A DNA stretch of 64,000 bases from Eledone cirrhosa (Eukaryota). The position numbers and the translations under genes were made by a program. Shown in pieces: positions 37,406-50,405 of the stretch. Within the stretch, counting starts at the first letter, position 1. Every line of letters begins with the position of its first letter. The notes beneath the pieces were generated by a model. That model had not been told where the DNA came from and searched no databases. It worked only from the letters and a program-made list of their open reading frames with translations. The stretch covers positions 6,572,001-6,636,000 of the forward strand of contig OZ024752.1 in assembly GCA_964016885.1 (NCBI GenBank). Direction: 5' to 3'.

Positions 37406-37707
37406 TATATGAAATAAAGCCTTTACCATGAAAATATAATACTAGAGTAATGTAAATGCTAAAGGTTTAATAATAAAATTGAAAGTTTAGTCAAAGCTAA
37501 TCATTAAAAAACTACCAATATTGGAGATATAGTGTAAAAGATCTACCAACTATAAACAAGATCTTTGAGTACCTGGAGGTTAGGAAAAGATTCAACAACA
37601 GAACCTTCTAGATACTCTACAGCTTCCCTTGTTTACCATTTTAAATTTTACTTCATTTTAAATTGAAATTTTTATATTCATTTATCACTGGATATCTTAA
37701 TTTTTAT

Positions 37708-38098
37708 GTCTCAACAGTAAGAAGTACTCAACACCCCCCCCCAGTCTGTCATGTCTTACTAGCTCTATACAGACGTCTCTTGTCTCTCAACAGTAAGAAG
37801 TACTCAATACTTCCCTCCTCCCCCCTAGTCTGTCATGTCTTACTAGCTCTATACAGACGTGTATTGTTTCTCAACAGTAAGAAGTACTCAATACTCCCCC
37901 CTCCTAGCCTGTCATGTCTTACTAGCTCTATACAGACGTCTATTGTGTCTCAACAGTAAGAAGTACTCAATAACCCCCCCCCCCCCCCCAGTCTGTCATG
38001 TCTTACTAGCTCTATACAGACGTCTATTGTCTCAACAGTAAGAAGTTCTCAATACCCCCCCCCCCCCAGCCTGTCATGTTTTACTAGCTCTATACAGA
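37708..38098. repeat. About 65-75-bp minisatellite with variable poly-C (about 6 units)
   Basis: tctcaacagtaagaagtactcaata(c)n agtctgtcatgtcttactagctctatacagacg. Confidence 0.9.
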
Positions 38099-38769
38099 GA
38101 TTTAAATTGATTAAATAACAAAATATTTGTTCTCTCCAAATTCTTCATTAAGTAGTTAACTCATGAAAGGGTTAAATATAACCTCATAAAGAACTATCTC
38201 CAAGTACAATGATGGAGTCAGAATTACAAGAAGCCTGGATGAGTCAGAAAAATATGAAGAAAGCAACAGTTTAAACAACATTATATATAGAACGGATCCA
38301 CTAAAATAAAAGTGGGTATTTTTAGTAATATTTGTGTTGCCAACGCTAGTTTCAATACTAGTTTCCATGGATTTTAGTCACCCTCTTTGCTATTCTTAGA
38401 TAGACTTAGCCAACAAACTGCAAGACATTCAACAACAACTTATTGCTGCTATGTTCAGTTAATCTCACAACTGAAACTATAACTATTTCAGATCATTGCA
38501 TCGAATAGGAGGGTCCTGGACCATTGACAACAAGGTTCTTGTCATTGTTGGTAGCTCCCTGATGAGGGGATTGAGTTATCCCAGTGCCTTAACCTAACTA
38601 TCAACCACTGGTTTCAGCCATTTGATGGCAGCCATGATGGAACAAAACTCTGAAAGGATTCAATCAATCATATTGATCTCAATATGTTTTGTGTATAATT
38701 GGTTCTTAATTTATTGGTATCTTTCTGATGAACTGCTAACGTCATTGGACACACACCATCATAACCTCA

Positions 38770-41700
38770 GACAGCCATGTAGCTGTGAAGCAGTCCTTAA
38801 CCACACACAGCCATGTAGCTATGAAGCAGTCCTTAACCAGACACAGCCATGTAGCTATGAAACAGTCCTTAACCACACACAGCCATGTAGCTATGAAACA
38901 GTCCTTAACCAGACACAGCCATGTAGCTATGAAACAGTCCTTAACCACACACAGCCAAGTAGCTGTGAAACAACATCCCTAACCAGACAACCATGTAGCT
39001 ATGAAACAATCCTTAACCACACACAGCCATATAGCTATGAAGCAGTCCTTAACCACACACAGCCACGTAGCTATGAAGCAGTCCTTAACCAGACACAGCC
39101 ATGTAGCTATGAAACAGTCCTTAACCACACACAGCCATGTAGCTATGAAGCAGTCCTTAACCACACACAGCCATGTAGCTATGTAACAGTCCTAAACCAC
39201 ACACAGCCATGTAGCTATGAAGCAGTCCTTAACCACACACAGCCATGTAGCTATGAAACAGTTTTTAACCACACACAGCCATGTAGCTATGAAACAGTTT
39301 TTAACCACACACAGCCATGTAGCTATGAAACAATCCTTAACCACACACAGCCATGTAGCTATGAAGCAGTCCTTAACCAGACACACAGCCATGTAGCTAT
39401 GAAGCAATCCTTAACCACACACAGCCATGTAGCTATGAAGCAGTCCTTAACCAGACACAGCCATGTAGCTATGAAACAGTCCTTAACCAGACACAGCCAT
39501 GTAGCTATGAAGCAGTCCTTAACCACACACAGCCATGTAGCTATGAAACAGTTTTTAACCACACACAGCCATGTAGCTATGAAACAATCCTTAACCACAC
39601 ACAGCCATGTAGCTATGAAGCAGTCCTTAACCAGACACAGCCATGTAGCTATGAAGCAGTCCTTAACCAGACACAGCCATGTAGCTATGAAGCAGTCCTT
39701 AACCAGACACAGCCATGTAGCTATGAAACAGTTTTTAACCACACACAGCCATGTAGCTATGAAACAATCCTTAACCACACACAGCCATGTAGCTATGAAG
39801 CAGTCCTTAACCACACACAGCCATGTAGCTATGAAGCAGTCCTTAACCACACACAGCCATGTAGCTATGAAACAGTTTTTAACCACACACAGCCATGTAG
39901 CTATGAAACAATCCTTAACCACACACAGCCATGTAGCTATGAAGCAGTCCTTAACCAGACACAGCCATGTAGCTATGAAGCAGTCCTTAACCAGACACAC
40001 AGCCATGTAGCTATGAAGCAGTCCTTAACCAGACACAGCCATGTAGCTATGAAGCAGTCCTTAACCACACACAGCCATGTAGCTATGAAACAGTTTTTAA
40101 CCACACACAGCCATGTAGCTATGAAACAATCCTTAACCACACACAGCCATGTAGCTATGAAGCAGTCCTTAACCAGACACAGCCATGTAGCTATGAAGCA
40201 GTCCTTAACCAGACACACAGCCATGTAGCTATGAAACAGTCCTTAACCAGACACAGCCATGTAGCTATGAAGCAGTCCTTAACCAGACACACAGCCATGT
40301 AGCTATGAAGCAGTCCTTAACCAGACACAGCCATGTAGCTATGAAGCAGTCCTTAACCAGACACAGCCATGTAGCTATGAAGCAGTCCTTAACCACACAC
40401 AGCCATGTAGCTATGAAACAGTCCTTAACCAGACACAGCCATGTAGCTATGAAGCAGTCCTTAACCACACACAGCCATGTAGCTATGAAACAGTTTTTAA
40501 CCACACAGCCATGTAGCTATGAAACAATCCTTAACCACACACAGCCATGTAGCTATGAAGCAGTCCTTAACCAGACACAGCCATGTAGCTATGAAGCAGT
40601 CCTTAACCAGACACAGCCATGTAGCTATGAAGCAGTCCTTAACCAGACACAGCCATGTAGCTATGAAACAGTTTTTAACCACACACAGCCATGTAGCTAT
40701 GAAACAATCCTTAACCACACACAGCCATGTAGCTATGAAGCAGTCCTTAACCACACACAGCCATGTAGCTATGAAGCAGTCCTTAACCACACACAGCCAT
40801 GTAGCTATGAAACAGTTTTTAACCACACACAGCCATGTAGCTATGAAACAATCCTTAACCACACACAGCCATGTAGCTATGAAGCAGTCGTTAACCAGAC
40901 ACAGCCATGTAGCTATGAAACAGTCCTTAACCAGACACAGCCATGTAGCTATGAAGCAGTCCTTAACCACACACAGCCATGTAGCTATGAAACAGTTTTT
41001 AACCACACACAGCCATGTAGCTATGAAACAATCCTTAACCACACACAGCCATGTAGCTATGAAGCAGTCCTTAACCAGACACAGCCATGTAGCTATGAAG
41101 CAGTCCTTAACCAGACACAGCCATGTAGCTATGAAGCAGTCCTTAACCAGACACAGCCATGTAGCTATGAAACAGTTTTTAACCACACACAGCCATGTAG
41201 CTATGAAACAATCCTTAACCACACACAGCCATGTAGCTATGAAGCAGTCCTTAACCACACACAGCCATGTAGCTATGAAGCAGTCCTTAACCACACACAG
41301 CCATGTAGCTATGAAACAGTTTTTAACCACACACAGCCATGTAGCTATGAAACAATCCTTAACCACACACAGCCATGTAGCTATGAAGCAGTCCTTAACC
41401 AGACACAGCCATGTAGCTATGAAGCAGTCCTTAACCAGACACACAGCCATGTAGCTATGAAACAGTCCTTAACCAGACACAGCCATGTAGCTATGAAGCA
41501 GTCCTTAACCAGACACACAGCCATGTAGCTATGAAGCAGTCCTTAACCAGACACAGCCATGTAGCTATGAAGCAGTCCTTAACCAGACACAGCCATGTAG
41601 CTATGAAGCAGTCCTTAACCACACACAGCCATGTAGCTATGAAACAGTCCTTAACCAGACACAGCCATGTAGCTATGTAACAGTCCTTAACCAGACACAG

Positions 41701-41964
41701 CCATGTAGCTATGAAGCAGTCCTTAACCAGACACACAGCCATGTAGCTATGAAGCAGTCCTTAACCAGACACAGCCATGTAGCTATGAAGCAGTCCTTAA
41801 CCAGACACACAGCCATGTAGCTATGAAGCAGTCCTTAACCAGACACAGCCATGTAGCTATGAAGCAGTCCTTAACCAGACACACAGCCATGTAGCTATGA
41901 AGCAGTCCTTAACCAGACACAGCCATGTAGCTATGTAACAGTCCTTAACCAGACACACAGCCAT
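38770..41964. repeat. 36-bp satellite (about 88 units) with 4+5-unit higher-order patterning
   Basis: Unit cagccatgtagctatgaagcagtccttaaccacaca. Confidence 0.97.
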
Positions 41965-42474
41965 ATCTGTACCTATCTCCCAAATTCCAGATTCCAAGAC
42001 TAACCCAATAGAATATAAATAACAGCAGAGCGAAGACTCTCAAAGATTGTAAACTAACTCGACCAACATAAATACTAACTAGATTGGATAGAGTAACTCT
42101 CTCCCTCATTGATATTCTAAACCAATATTTTCATTGCATGATAAATGGTGATAGCAAAAGAAGAAGAAGTCACATCCATCTTAAATCAATGTTTATTTTC
42201 TTTTTCTATTTTTTTTTCTTTTTTGAAGTTATATAATATTCTGTAAGAGTATCTACATCTCGATATTACATCACAGAACAGATAAACAAGACAAACAAAC
42301 AAAAGATAATATTAACACACACACAGACACACCCACCCACACACACACAAACACACACACAATGTCATTATTTTAAATATCCATATCAGCATTTGTTGAT
42401 TTTGATATTGCTATTTAAAAATAAGCAATATATACATATATATACACACACACATGCATATATACATATGTGTG

Positions 42475-42506
<32 letters not shown>

Positions 42507-42691
42507 TGTATATATTTCCATATGGTGCCTCAGTAATCCCAATGGTAACAGCACCATGTGGGGCCTATATTTTTCTTTCTGATAATAGCATGTAGTGACA
42601 TGCAAGGTTTTGGTAGAATTATCTCAGATAAAAACAATTATTCAGAAAAACATGTCAGTAAATTGATAAACATTCTCTTATAAATACCTAC

Positions 42692-42703
42692 CCCCTCGCC
42701 TGT
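42692..42703 (-). CDS. Candidate 12-nt microexon of an unidentified minus-strand host gene
   Basis: Minus strand: long U-rich tract ...tttttctatcagtatttctacag|ACAGGCGAGGGG|gtaggt; TGCATG about 90 nt downstream. No transcript evidence. Confidence 0.35.
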
Positions 42704-43314
42704 CTGTAGAAATACTGATAGAAAAACACAAAAACAAATAACACACAGATTGAAATTCCAACAAAGAAATTGAAAGACAGGTAAAAATTGTAAGAAATTA
42801 GCAAATAAGTAGCTAAATCTATGGTAAACATATACAACATTAGCTGACAATATCTTTTAATGTCCATTTTGCCACCCTGTAACATGATATATATATATAT
42901 ATAATCATCATCAATTAATGTCTGTCTTCCATGCTAGCATGGGTTAGATGAGTTTGTCCTATTTAGAGGCAAGTTGGGTCGGGTGACCGTGGTCTCACTC
43001 ATATCATCATCATCATCGTTTAACGTCCATCTTCCACACTTGCATGGGTTTGGACGGGAGTTTTCCCACTTGAGGCAAGATTGGTTGTCTTGCTCGCATA
43101 GGACTGTCTGGCGGGTTTTCTACGGCTGGATGCCCTTCCTAACACCAACCACGTTTACAGTGTGGACTGGGAGGTTTTTACCGTGTTACCTACACGGCAA
43201 CATTACAGCGTGGACTGTGTGTTTTTTTTTTTCATGACACCTACACAACCTCATTTGTTTCGGACTGGATGTTGTGGTACCAACATAACTTTACATCGAA
43301 AGGGGTGGTGTGGA

Positions 43315-43356
<42 letters not shown>

Positions 43357-43381
43357 GGTTACACAACAGTTAGTTCACCAT

Positions 43382-43424
43382 ACCGAGAACAATTGTTTCA
43401 CCTTATTCGGATCTTCAGCTCAGT
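43382..43424 (-). ncRNA. Minimal type I hammerhead ribozyme motif (left arm)
   Basis: ACTGAG-CTGAAGA-TCC-GAATAA-GGT-GAAAC-AATT-GTT-CTCGGT. Confidence 0.7.
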
Positions 43425-43485
43425 CTAAATGAAGTTGTACGGGAAAGGAAAAACAACCCTTCCTTTTCCGTACAACTTCATTTAG

Positions 43486-43528
43486 ACCAAGCTGAAGATC
43501 CGAATAAGGTGAAACAATTGTTCTTTGT
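43486..43528 (+). ncRNA. Minimal type I hammerhead ribozyme motif (right arm)
   Basis: ACCAAG-CTGAAGA-TCC-GAATAA-GGT-GAAAC-AATT-GTT-CTTTGT. Confidence 0.68.
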
Positions 43529-43621
43529 ATGGTGAACTAACTGTTGTGGAACTACTTCTACCAAACTCGTCCCATGGACTGAGTGCTCTACTACTACGGA
43601 TATTACCCTCCAGTGTTCTAC

Positions 43622-43665
<44 letters not shown>

Positions 43666-43844
43666 ATATATGTATATACATTGAGGTTGGATAGAACTTT
43701 TCGTTCTGTGTAGTCAACCCTGATGCAATAGTATGAAAGCACTCAACGTGAAGCAACTCAATCATCTTTGGTGTAAGATTATGTTAGGGGTACGTGGACA
43801 GAGTTAAACATTATTGAATTTAAAGGAATTTTGACTTATAATAA

Positions 43845-44270
<426 letters not shown>

Positions 44271-44313
44271 AAAACAAAGCGTGGTTTCACATTAAGGTCT
44301 TTATTGATTATAT

Positions 44314-44407
44314 ACAGTTACGACTGTTTCACAGATGGGCAGCTCAGGATCTATGTAAATGCTATAGACCTGACGCCAGTCCGATCTGCTCATAACATCA
44401 GACTTGT
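44314..44407 (-). ncRNA. Hammerhead-like motif with long branched stem II, core disrupted by a 5-nt insertion
   Basis: Minus strand ACAAGT-CTGATG(ttatg)A-GCAGAT...ATCTGT-GAAAC-AGTC-GTA-ACTGT. Confidence 0.55.
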
Positions 44408-44448
44408 TAATCTAGCAGACCCCAAATCTCATGAATCTACTGAGCCAC

Positions 44449-44479
<31 letters not shown>

Positions 44480-44692
44480 TGTAGGAGGTGAGTTTTATTG
44501 TAGTACAATAAAGCAATGCAGATATCGGATAAGAAGCACTCTACAGTTTGTAGGACTGGAGTATACATAATATATAAGATCAAAAGATGGTTAAATGAGT
44601 TCCATGTATTTTATTATGCGCATTTCAAAAACATATTTGTTTTTGAAATGCTCATAATAAAATACATGGAACTCTTTTAACCATCTTTTGAT

Positions 44693-44753
<61 letters not shown>

Positions 44754-45456
44754 AATGTACAAGTAAAGTGTACAATCAAAAATATTTAAAGAACAAACTT
44801 TTGATTAAATTCTTCATTTTTCTATACTTCACGTCTAGTGTTTGTTTTCCTATATATATATATACACACATATATATAAATATATATATGTGTGTGTGTG
44901 TGTATACCAAGATTATAGGGAAGGTTTTCTGTATTCTAGGCTGCTCGTGATTACTGACTTAACAAAAGATGTCTAGATCAGACATGAGATCAAAACACTC
45001 AGAGGGCCAACCAAATGTATATTTATAATGGAGCTGTAGCACTAAGAAAAGTCCCGGACCCAATATGGGTCTCTGTAAATGCACACTACAGCAACAGGTG
45101 CAGGGTGCAATCTGTTAGCTACAGTGGCAGGGAAAGTGTGAGTAAGCCTGCCAAAAATAGTTCTGATGCTTCGACAGCAGATGGTGAAATCTGTGATAAG
45201 TGGAAGGAATCCATTGTCCTCTCGGTGTGAATCATCGCTAGAAAGGTATAGAGACTTCATTAGGTAGTGACATCACAGGAGGAAGAAAGAACAACCTGTA
45301 GTTCATCTCTTTGATGGACTAGAGGTTGTTCTGAACAAACATCAATTAATCACCAAATACTGACCCCTAGTCCAACCTCTCGTCTATCAAAGGACCCTTA
45401 TGTCAATGTCAAATATCTTAAAGAAACTGTCTTCATCCTAGTACAATAATAACAAC

Positions 45457-45672
45457 CATTTCTGATTTAGGCTCAAAGCCAGCAATTTTACGGGAGAGGA
45501 AAGTTGATTAAATCGACCCCAGTACATTACTGGTACTTTATTTTATCGATCCCATAAGGATGAAAGGTAAAGCTATCCTCGGCGGGATTTGAACTCAGAA
45601 TGTAAAGAGCTGTAACTCTATGGCACAAAGTGTGTTGTCCAACATCTTATGGAAGCTGCCAATCCACTACCC
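45457..45672 (-). mobile_element. SINE-1 copy whose 5' head runs directly into the adjacent satellite
   Basis: B box gagttcaaatcc on minus strand near 45585-45596; head gccaatccactacc at 45658-45671. Confidence 0.85.
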
Positions 45673-48600
45673 TATTGTCCAACACTCTACCCTATTGTCC
45701 AACACTCTACCCTATTGTCCAACACTCTACCCTATTGTCCAACACTCTACCCTATTGTCCAACACTCTACCCTATTGTCCAACACTCTACCCTATTGTCC
45801 AGCACTCTACCCTATTGTTCAGCACTCTACCCTATTGTCCAGCACTACCCTATTGTCCAGTGCTCTAGCCACTCAGCCACTCCACTACCCCATTGTCCAG
45901 TGCTCTAGCCACTCAGCCACTCCACTACCCCCATTGTCCAGTGCTCTAACCACTCAGCCACTCCACTACCCCCTTGTCCAGTGCTCTAGCCACTCAGCCA
46001 CTCCACTACCCCATTGTCCAGTGCTCTAGCCACTCAGCCACTCCACTACCCTATTGTCCAGTGCTCTAGCCACTCAGCCACTCCACTACCCCATTGTCCA
46101 GTGCTCTAGCCACTCAGCCACTCCACTACCCTATTGTCCAGTGCTCTAGCCACTCAGCCACTCCACTACCCCATTGTCCAGTGCTCTAGCCACTCAGCCA
46201 CTCCACTACCCTATTGTCCAGTGCTCTAGCCACTCAGCCACTCCACTACCCCCATTGTCCAGTGCTCTAGCCACTCAGCCACTCCACTACCCCCATTGTC
46301 CAGTGCTCTAGCCACTCAGCCACTCCACTACCCCCATTGTCCAGTGCTCTAGCCACTCAGCCACTCCACTACCCCATTGTCCAGTGCTCTAGCCACTCAG
46401 CCACTCCACTACCCTATTGTCCAGTGCTCTAGCCACTCAGCCACTCCACTACCCCCATTGTCCAGTGCTCTAGCCACTCAGCCACTCCACTACCCCCATT
46501 GTCCAGTGCTCTAGCCACTCAGCCACTCCACTACCCCCTTGTCCAGTGCTCTAGCCACTCAGCCACTCCACTACCCTATTGTCCAGTGCTCTAGCCACTC
46601 AGCCACTCCACTACCCCATTGTCCAGTGCTCTAGCCACTCAGCCACTCCACTACCCCATTGTCCAGTGCTCTAGCCACTCAGCCACTCCACTACCCCTAT
46701 TGTCCAGTGCTCTAGCCACTCAGCCACTCCACTACCCCATTGTCCAGTGCTCTAGCCACTCAGCCACTCCACTACCCCATTGTCCAGTGCTCTAGCCACT
46801 CAGCCACTCCACTACCCCCTTGTCCAGTGCTCTAGCCACTCAGCCACTCCACTACCCCCTTGTCCAGTGCTCTAGCCACTCAGCCACTCCACTACCCCCA
46901 TTGTCCAGTGCTCTAGCCACTCAGCCACTCCACTACCCCATTGTCCAGTGCTCTAACCACTCAGCCACTCCACTACCCCCTTGTCCAGTGCTCTAGCCAC
47001 TCAGCCACTCCACTACCCCCTTGTCCAGTGCTCTAGCCACTCAGCCACTCCACTACCCCCTTGTCCAGTGCTCTAGCCACTCAGCCACTCCACTACCCCA
47101 TTGTCCAGTGCTCTAGCCACTCAGCCACTCCACTACCCCATTGTCCAGTGCTCTAGCCACTCAGCCACTCCACTACCCCCTTGTCCAGTGCTCTAGCCAC
47201 TCAGCCACTCCACTACCCTATTGTCCAGTGCTCTAGCCACTCAGCCACTCCACTACCCCCTTGTCCAGTGCTCTAGCCACTCAGCCACTCCACTACCCCC
47301 TTGTCCAGTGCTCTAGCCACTCAGCCACTCCACTACCCCATTGTCCAGTGCTCTAGCCACTCAGCCACTCCACTACCCCATTGTCCAGTGCTCTAGCCAC
47401 TCAGCCACTCCACTACCCCCTTGTCCAGTGCTCTAGCCACTCAGCCACTCCACTACCCTATTGTCCAGTGCTCTAGCCACTCAGCCACTCCACTACCCCC
47501 TTGTCCAGTGCTCTAGCCACTCAGCCACTCCACTACCCCCTTGTCCAGTGCTCTAGCCACTCAGCCACTCCACTACCCCATTGTCCAGTGCTCTAGCCAC
47601 TCAGCCACTCCACTACCCCCTTGTCCAGTGCTCTAGCCACTCAGCCACTCCACTACCCTATTGTCCAGTGCTCTAACCACTCAGCCACTCCACTACCCCC
47701 TTGTCCAGTGCTCTAGCCACTCAGCCACTCCACTACCCCCTTGTCCAGTGCTCTAGCCACTCAGCCACTCCACTACCCTATTGTCCAGTGCTCTAGCCAC
47801 TCAGCCACTCCACTACCCCCATTGTCCAGTGCTCTAGCCACTCAGCCACTCCACTACCCCCTTGTCCAGTGCTCTAGCCACTCAGCCACTCCACTACCCT
47901 ATTGTCCAGTGCTCTAGCCACTCAGCCACTCCACTACCCCCATTGTCCAGTGCTCTAGCCACTCAGCCACTCCACTACCCCCTTGTCCAGTGCTCTAGCC
48001 ACTCAGCCACTCCACTACCCCATTGTCCAGTGCTCTAGCCACTCAGCCACTCCACTACCCCCATTGTCCAGTGCTCTAGCCACTCAGCCACTCCACTACC
48101 CCCTTGTCCAGTGCTCTAGCCACTCAGCCACTCCACTACCCTATTGTCCAGTGCTCTAGCCACTCAGCCACTCCACTACCCCCATTGTCCAGTGCTCTAG
48201 CCACTCAGCCACTCCACTACCCCCTTGTCCAGTGCTCTAGCCACTCAGCCACTCCACTACCCTATTGTCCAGTGCTCTAGCCACTCAGCCACTCCACTAC
48301 CCCCATTGTCCAGTGCTCTAGCCACTCAGCCACTCCACTACCCCCTTGTCCAGTGCTCTAGCCACTCAGCCACTCCACTACCCCCTTGTCCAGTGCTCTA
48401 GCCACTCAGCCACTCCACTACCCTATTGTCCAGTGCTCTAGCCACTCAGCCACTCCACTACCCCATTGTCCAGTGCTCTAGCCACTCAGCCACTCCACTA
48501 CCCTATTGTCCAGTGCTCTAGCCACTCAGCCACTCCACTACCCCCATTGTCCAGTGCTCTAGCCACTCAGCCACTCCACTACCCCATTGTCCAGTGCTCT

Positions 48601-49268
48601 AGCCACTCAGCCACTCCACTACCCCCTTGTCCAGTGCTCTAGCCACTCAGCCACTCCACTACCCTATTGTCCAGTGCTCTAGCCACTCAGCCACTCCACT
48701 ACCCCCATTGTCCAGTGCTCTAGCCACTCAGCCACTCCACTACCCCCATTGTCCAGTGCTCTAGCCACTCAGCCACTCCACTACCCTATTGTCCAGTGCT
48801 CTAGCCACTCAGCCACTCCACTACCCCCTTGTCCAGTGCTCTAGCCACTCAGCCACTCCACTACCCTATTGTCCAGTGCTCTAGCCACTCAGCCACTCCA
48901 CTACCCCCATTGTCCAGTGCTCTAGCCACTCAGCCACTCCACTACCCCATTGTCCAGTGCTCTAGCCACTCAGCCACTCCACTACCCCATTGTCCAGTGC
49001 TCTAACCACTCAGCCACTCCACTACCCCCATTGTCCAGTGCTCTAGCCACTCAGCCACTCCACTACCCTATTGTCCAGTGCTCTAACCACTCAGCCACTC
49101 CACTACCTCATTGTCCAGTGCTCTAGCCACTCAGCCACTCCACTACCCCATTGTCCAGTGCTCTAGCCACTCAGCCACTCCACTACCCCCATTGTCCAGT
49201 GCTCTAGCCACTCAGCCACTCCACTACCCCATTGTCCAGTGCTCTAGCCACTCAGCCACTCCACTACT
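45665..49268 (-). repeat. 20-bp array (45665-45850) then 40/41-bp satellite (about 85 units) containing a Pol III A-box consensus
   Basis: Unit ctccactaccccattgtccagtgctctagccactcagcca; minus strand ggggtagtggagTGGCTGAGTGGctagagcactggacaat. Confidence 0.95.
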
Positions 49269-49377
49269 CTATTCTGTGTGTGTTTTGATTGGGTAAAGGG
49301 TCAATATTGTAAGTAGATTGACCACTGTGAAATATAAAAATAGAGTAAATCATTTAGACTACCTCAACCAACACCAC

Positions 49378-49580
49378 TACCTTTACATTACTCTATATAT
49401 ACTATTGTATTTTCAAGGTAAACACTTTATCTTACATATCGAATCTATGAGATTTTCATATTATTTATTTTGAGAATAATACCTTAACATCAGTATGAGT
49501 GGCCAGTTACAGCTGGTTTGAACAGAAAGAGGTGAAATAATTCTGGTCCAATACAACCGCTTTAAATGCTAAAGGGTTAA
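49378..49580. mobile_element. MITE-A array-free copy
   Basis: tttacattactctatatatactattg ... tttaaatgctaaaggg|ttaa. Confidence 0.85.
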
Positions 49581-50004
49581 ACACGAACATACTCATACTA
49601 CAGCTTAAAAAAGAGGGAATTTGGGGATATATTTGTAGAGCTCTTGGTAATCACATTATTTAATCTTTCCAAGATCATATTTCTAATGATATACACTATT
49701 TTAATTAATGAAGAATTTTGAGGGATTTACTGAAATTAATAATTATTTCATTACTAAGATAGTCATTTAAGGTACAGTTCTTAAATTTTAATTTAAATAC
49801 AGTAGTAACTCTGGGTGGTTTTGTTTTCATAGAATCCAGGTCAATTTTGATGTAACAAAACAGCACTTAACAGGTTTTCCTATATATAGTTTAATCCTCA
49901 TGTAAATTAATAAAAATAGTAAGAGGGGTTAAACACAGCTTGAACATATTAAAAAAGGGTCTATTTTTAACTCAGAATTATATAAACACAAACAAACATT
50001 TTAA

Positions 50005-50146
50005 CCCTTTAGCATTTAAACCAGCCATATCCGGCCAGAATCCTTTTGCCTCTTTCTGTTCAAACTGGCCACTCATACTGATGTTAAGGTATTTTTCTCA
50101 AAATAAATATCATCACAATCTCATAGATTGATATTATGTGAGGTAA
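50005..50146. mobile_element. MITE-A copy truncated by the hammerhead-bearing module
   Basis: ttaa|ccctttagcatttaaaccagcc ... gatattatgtgaggtaa, then unrelated sequence. Confidence 0.8.
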
Positions 50147-50147
50147 C

Positions 50148-50221
50148 TATTTCATCTGATGAACGAGCTGGACATTTCTGTAAGGGCCGTCTAGTTTCCT
50201 GAAACCTTTAGTAATGGAATA
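50148..50221 (+). ncRNA. Type I hammerhead ribozyme motif
   Basis: TATTTCAT-CTGATGA-acGAGCTGGAC...GTCTAGTTTcct-GAAAC-CTTTA-GTA-ATGGAATA; 8-bp stem I, 9-bp stem II (base mismatched), GUA triplet. Confidence 0.7.
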
Positions 50222-50316
50222 ATTATATTGTGTTGTTTATTATGTAAATCAATAAAAAAAAAATATATATATAATAACACAAGGATAATTTGTTAAGCCT
50301 TCATTACGTTTATTGA

Positions 50317-50405
50317 TTGGTGACGTATGTTTCACTATTGATCAGCTCAAGGTTCGATCTGTATTGATCTAGCCCGACTCTGGAATCAAAAGCTCGTCAG
50401 ATCTC
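50317..50405 (-). ncRNA. Hammerhead-like core with long stem II; stem I degenerate
   Basis: Minus strand CTGACGA-GCTTTTGATT...GATCAATAGT-GAAAC-ATAC-GTC. Confidence 0.55.

Larger units (their letters stand above)
36444..37470. mobile_element. MITE-A copy (left end lost) interrupted by a mariner-family element
   Basis: MITE-A sequence 36444-36536 resumes at 37408 (tatgaaataaagcctttaccatg...gtaaatgctaaagg). Confidence 0.85.
43362..43548. repeat. 187-bp palindrome (89-bp arms, 5 mismatches, 9-nt loop); probable inverted Penelope-like terminal repeats
   Basis: cacaacagttagttcaccatacc...gtacgggaaaggaa-aaacaaccc-ttccttttccgtac...tatggtgaactaactgttgtg, lying between (TA)n tracts. Confidence 0.92.

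Noticed and set aside
38622-41742. 462-, 407- and 317-aa repeat ORFs
   Set aside because: 36-bp satellite open in several frames on both strands, with 2-bp frameshifting variants.
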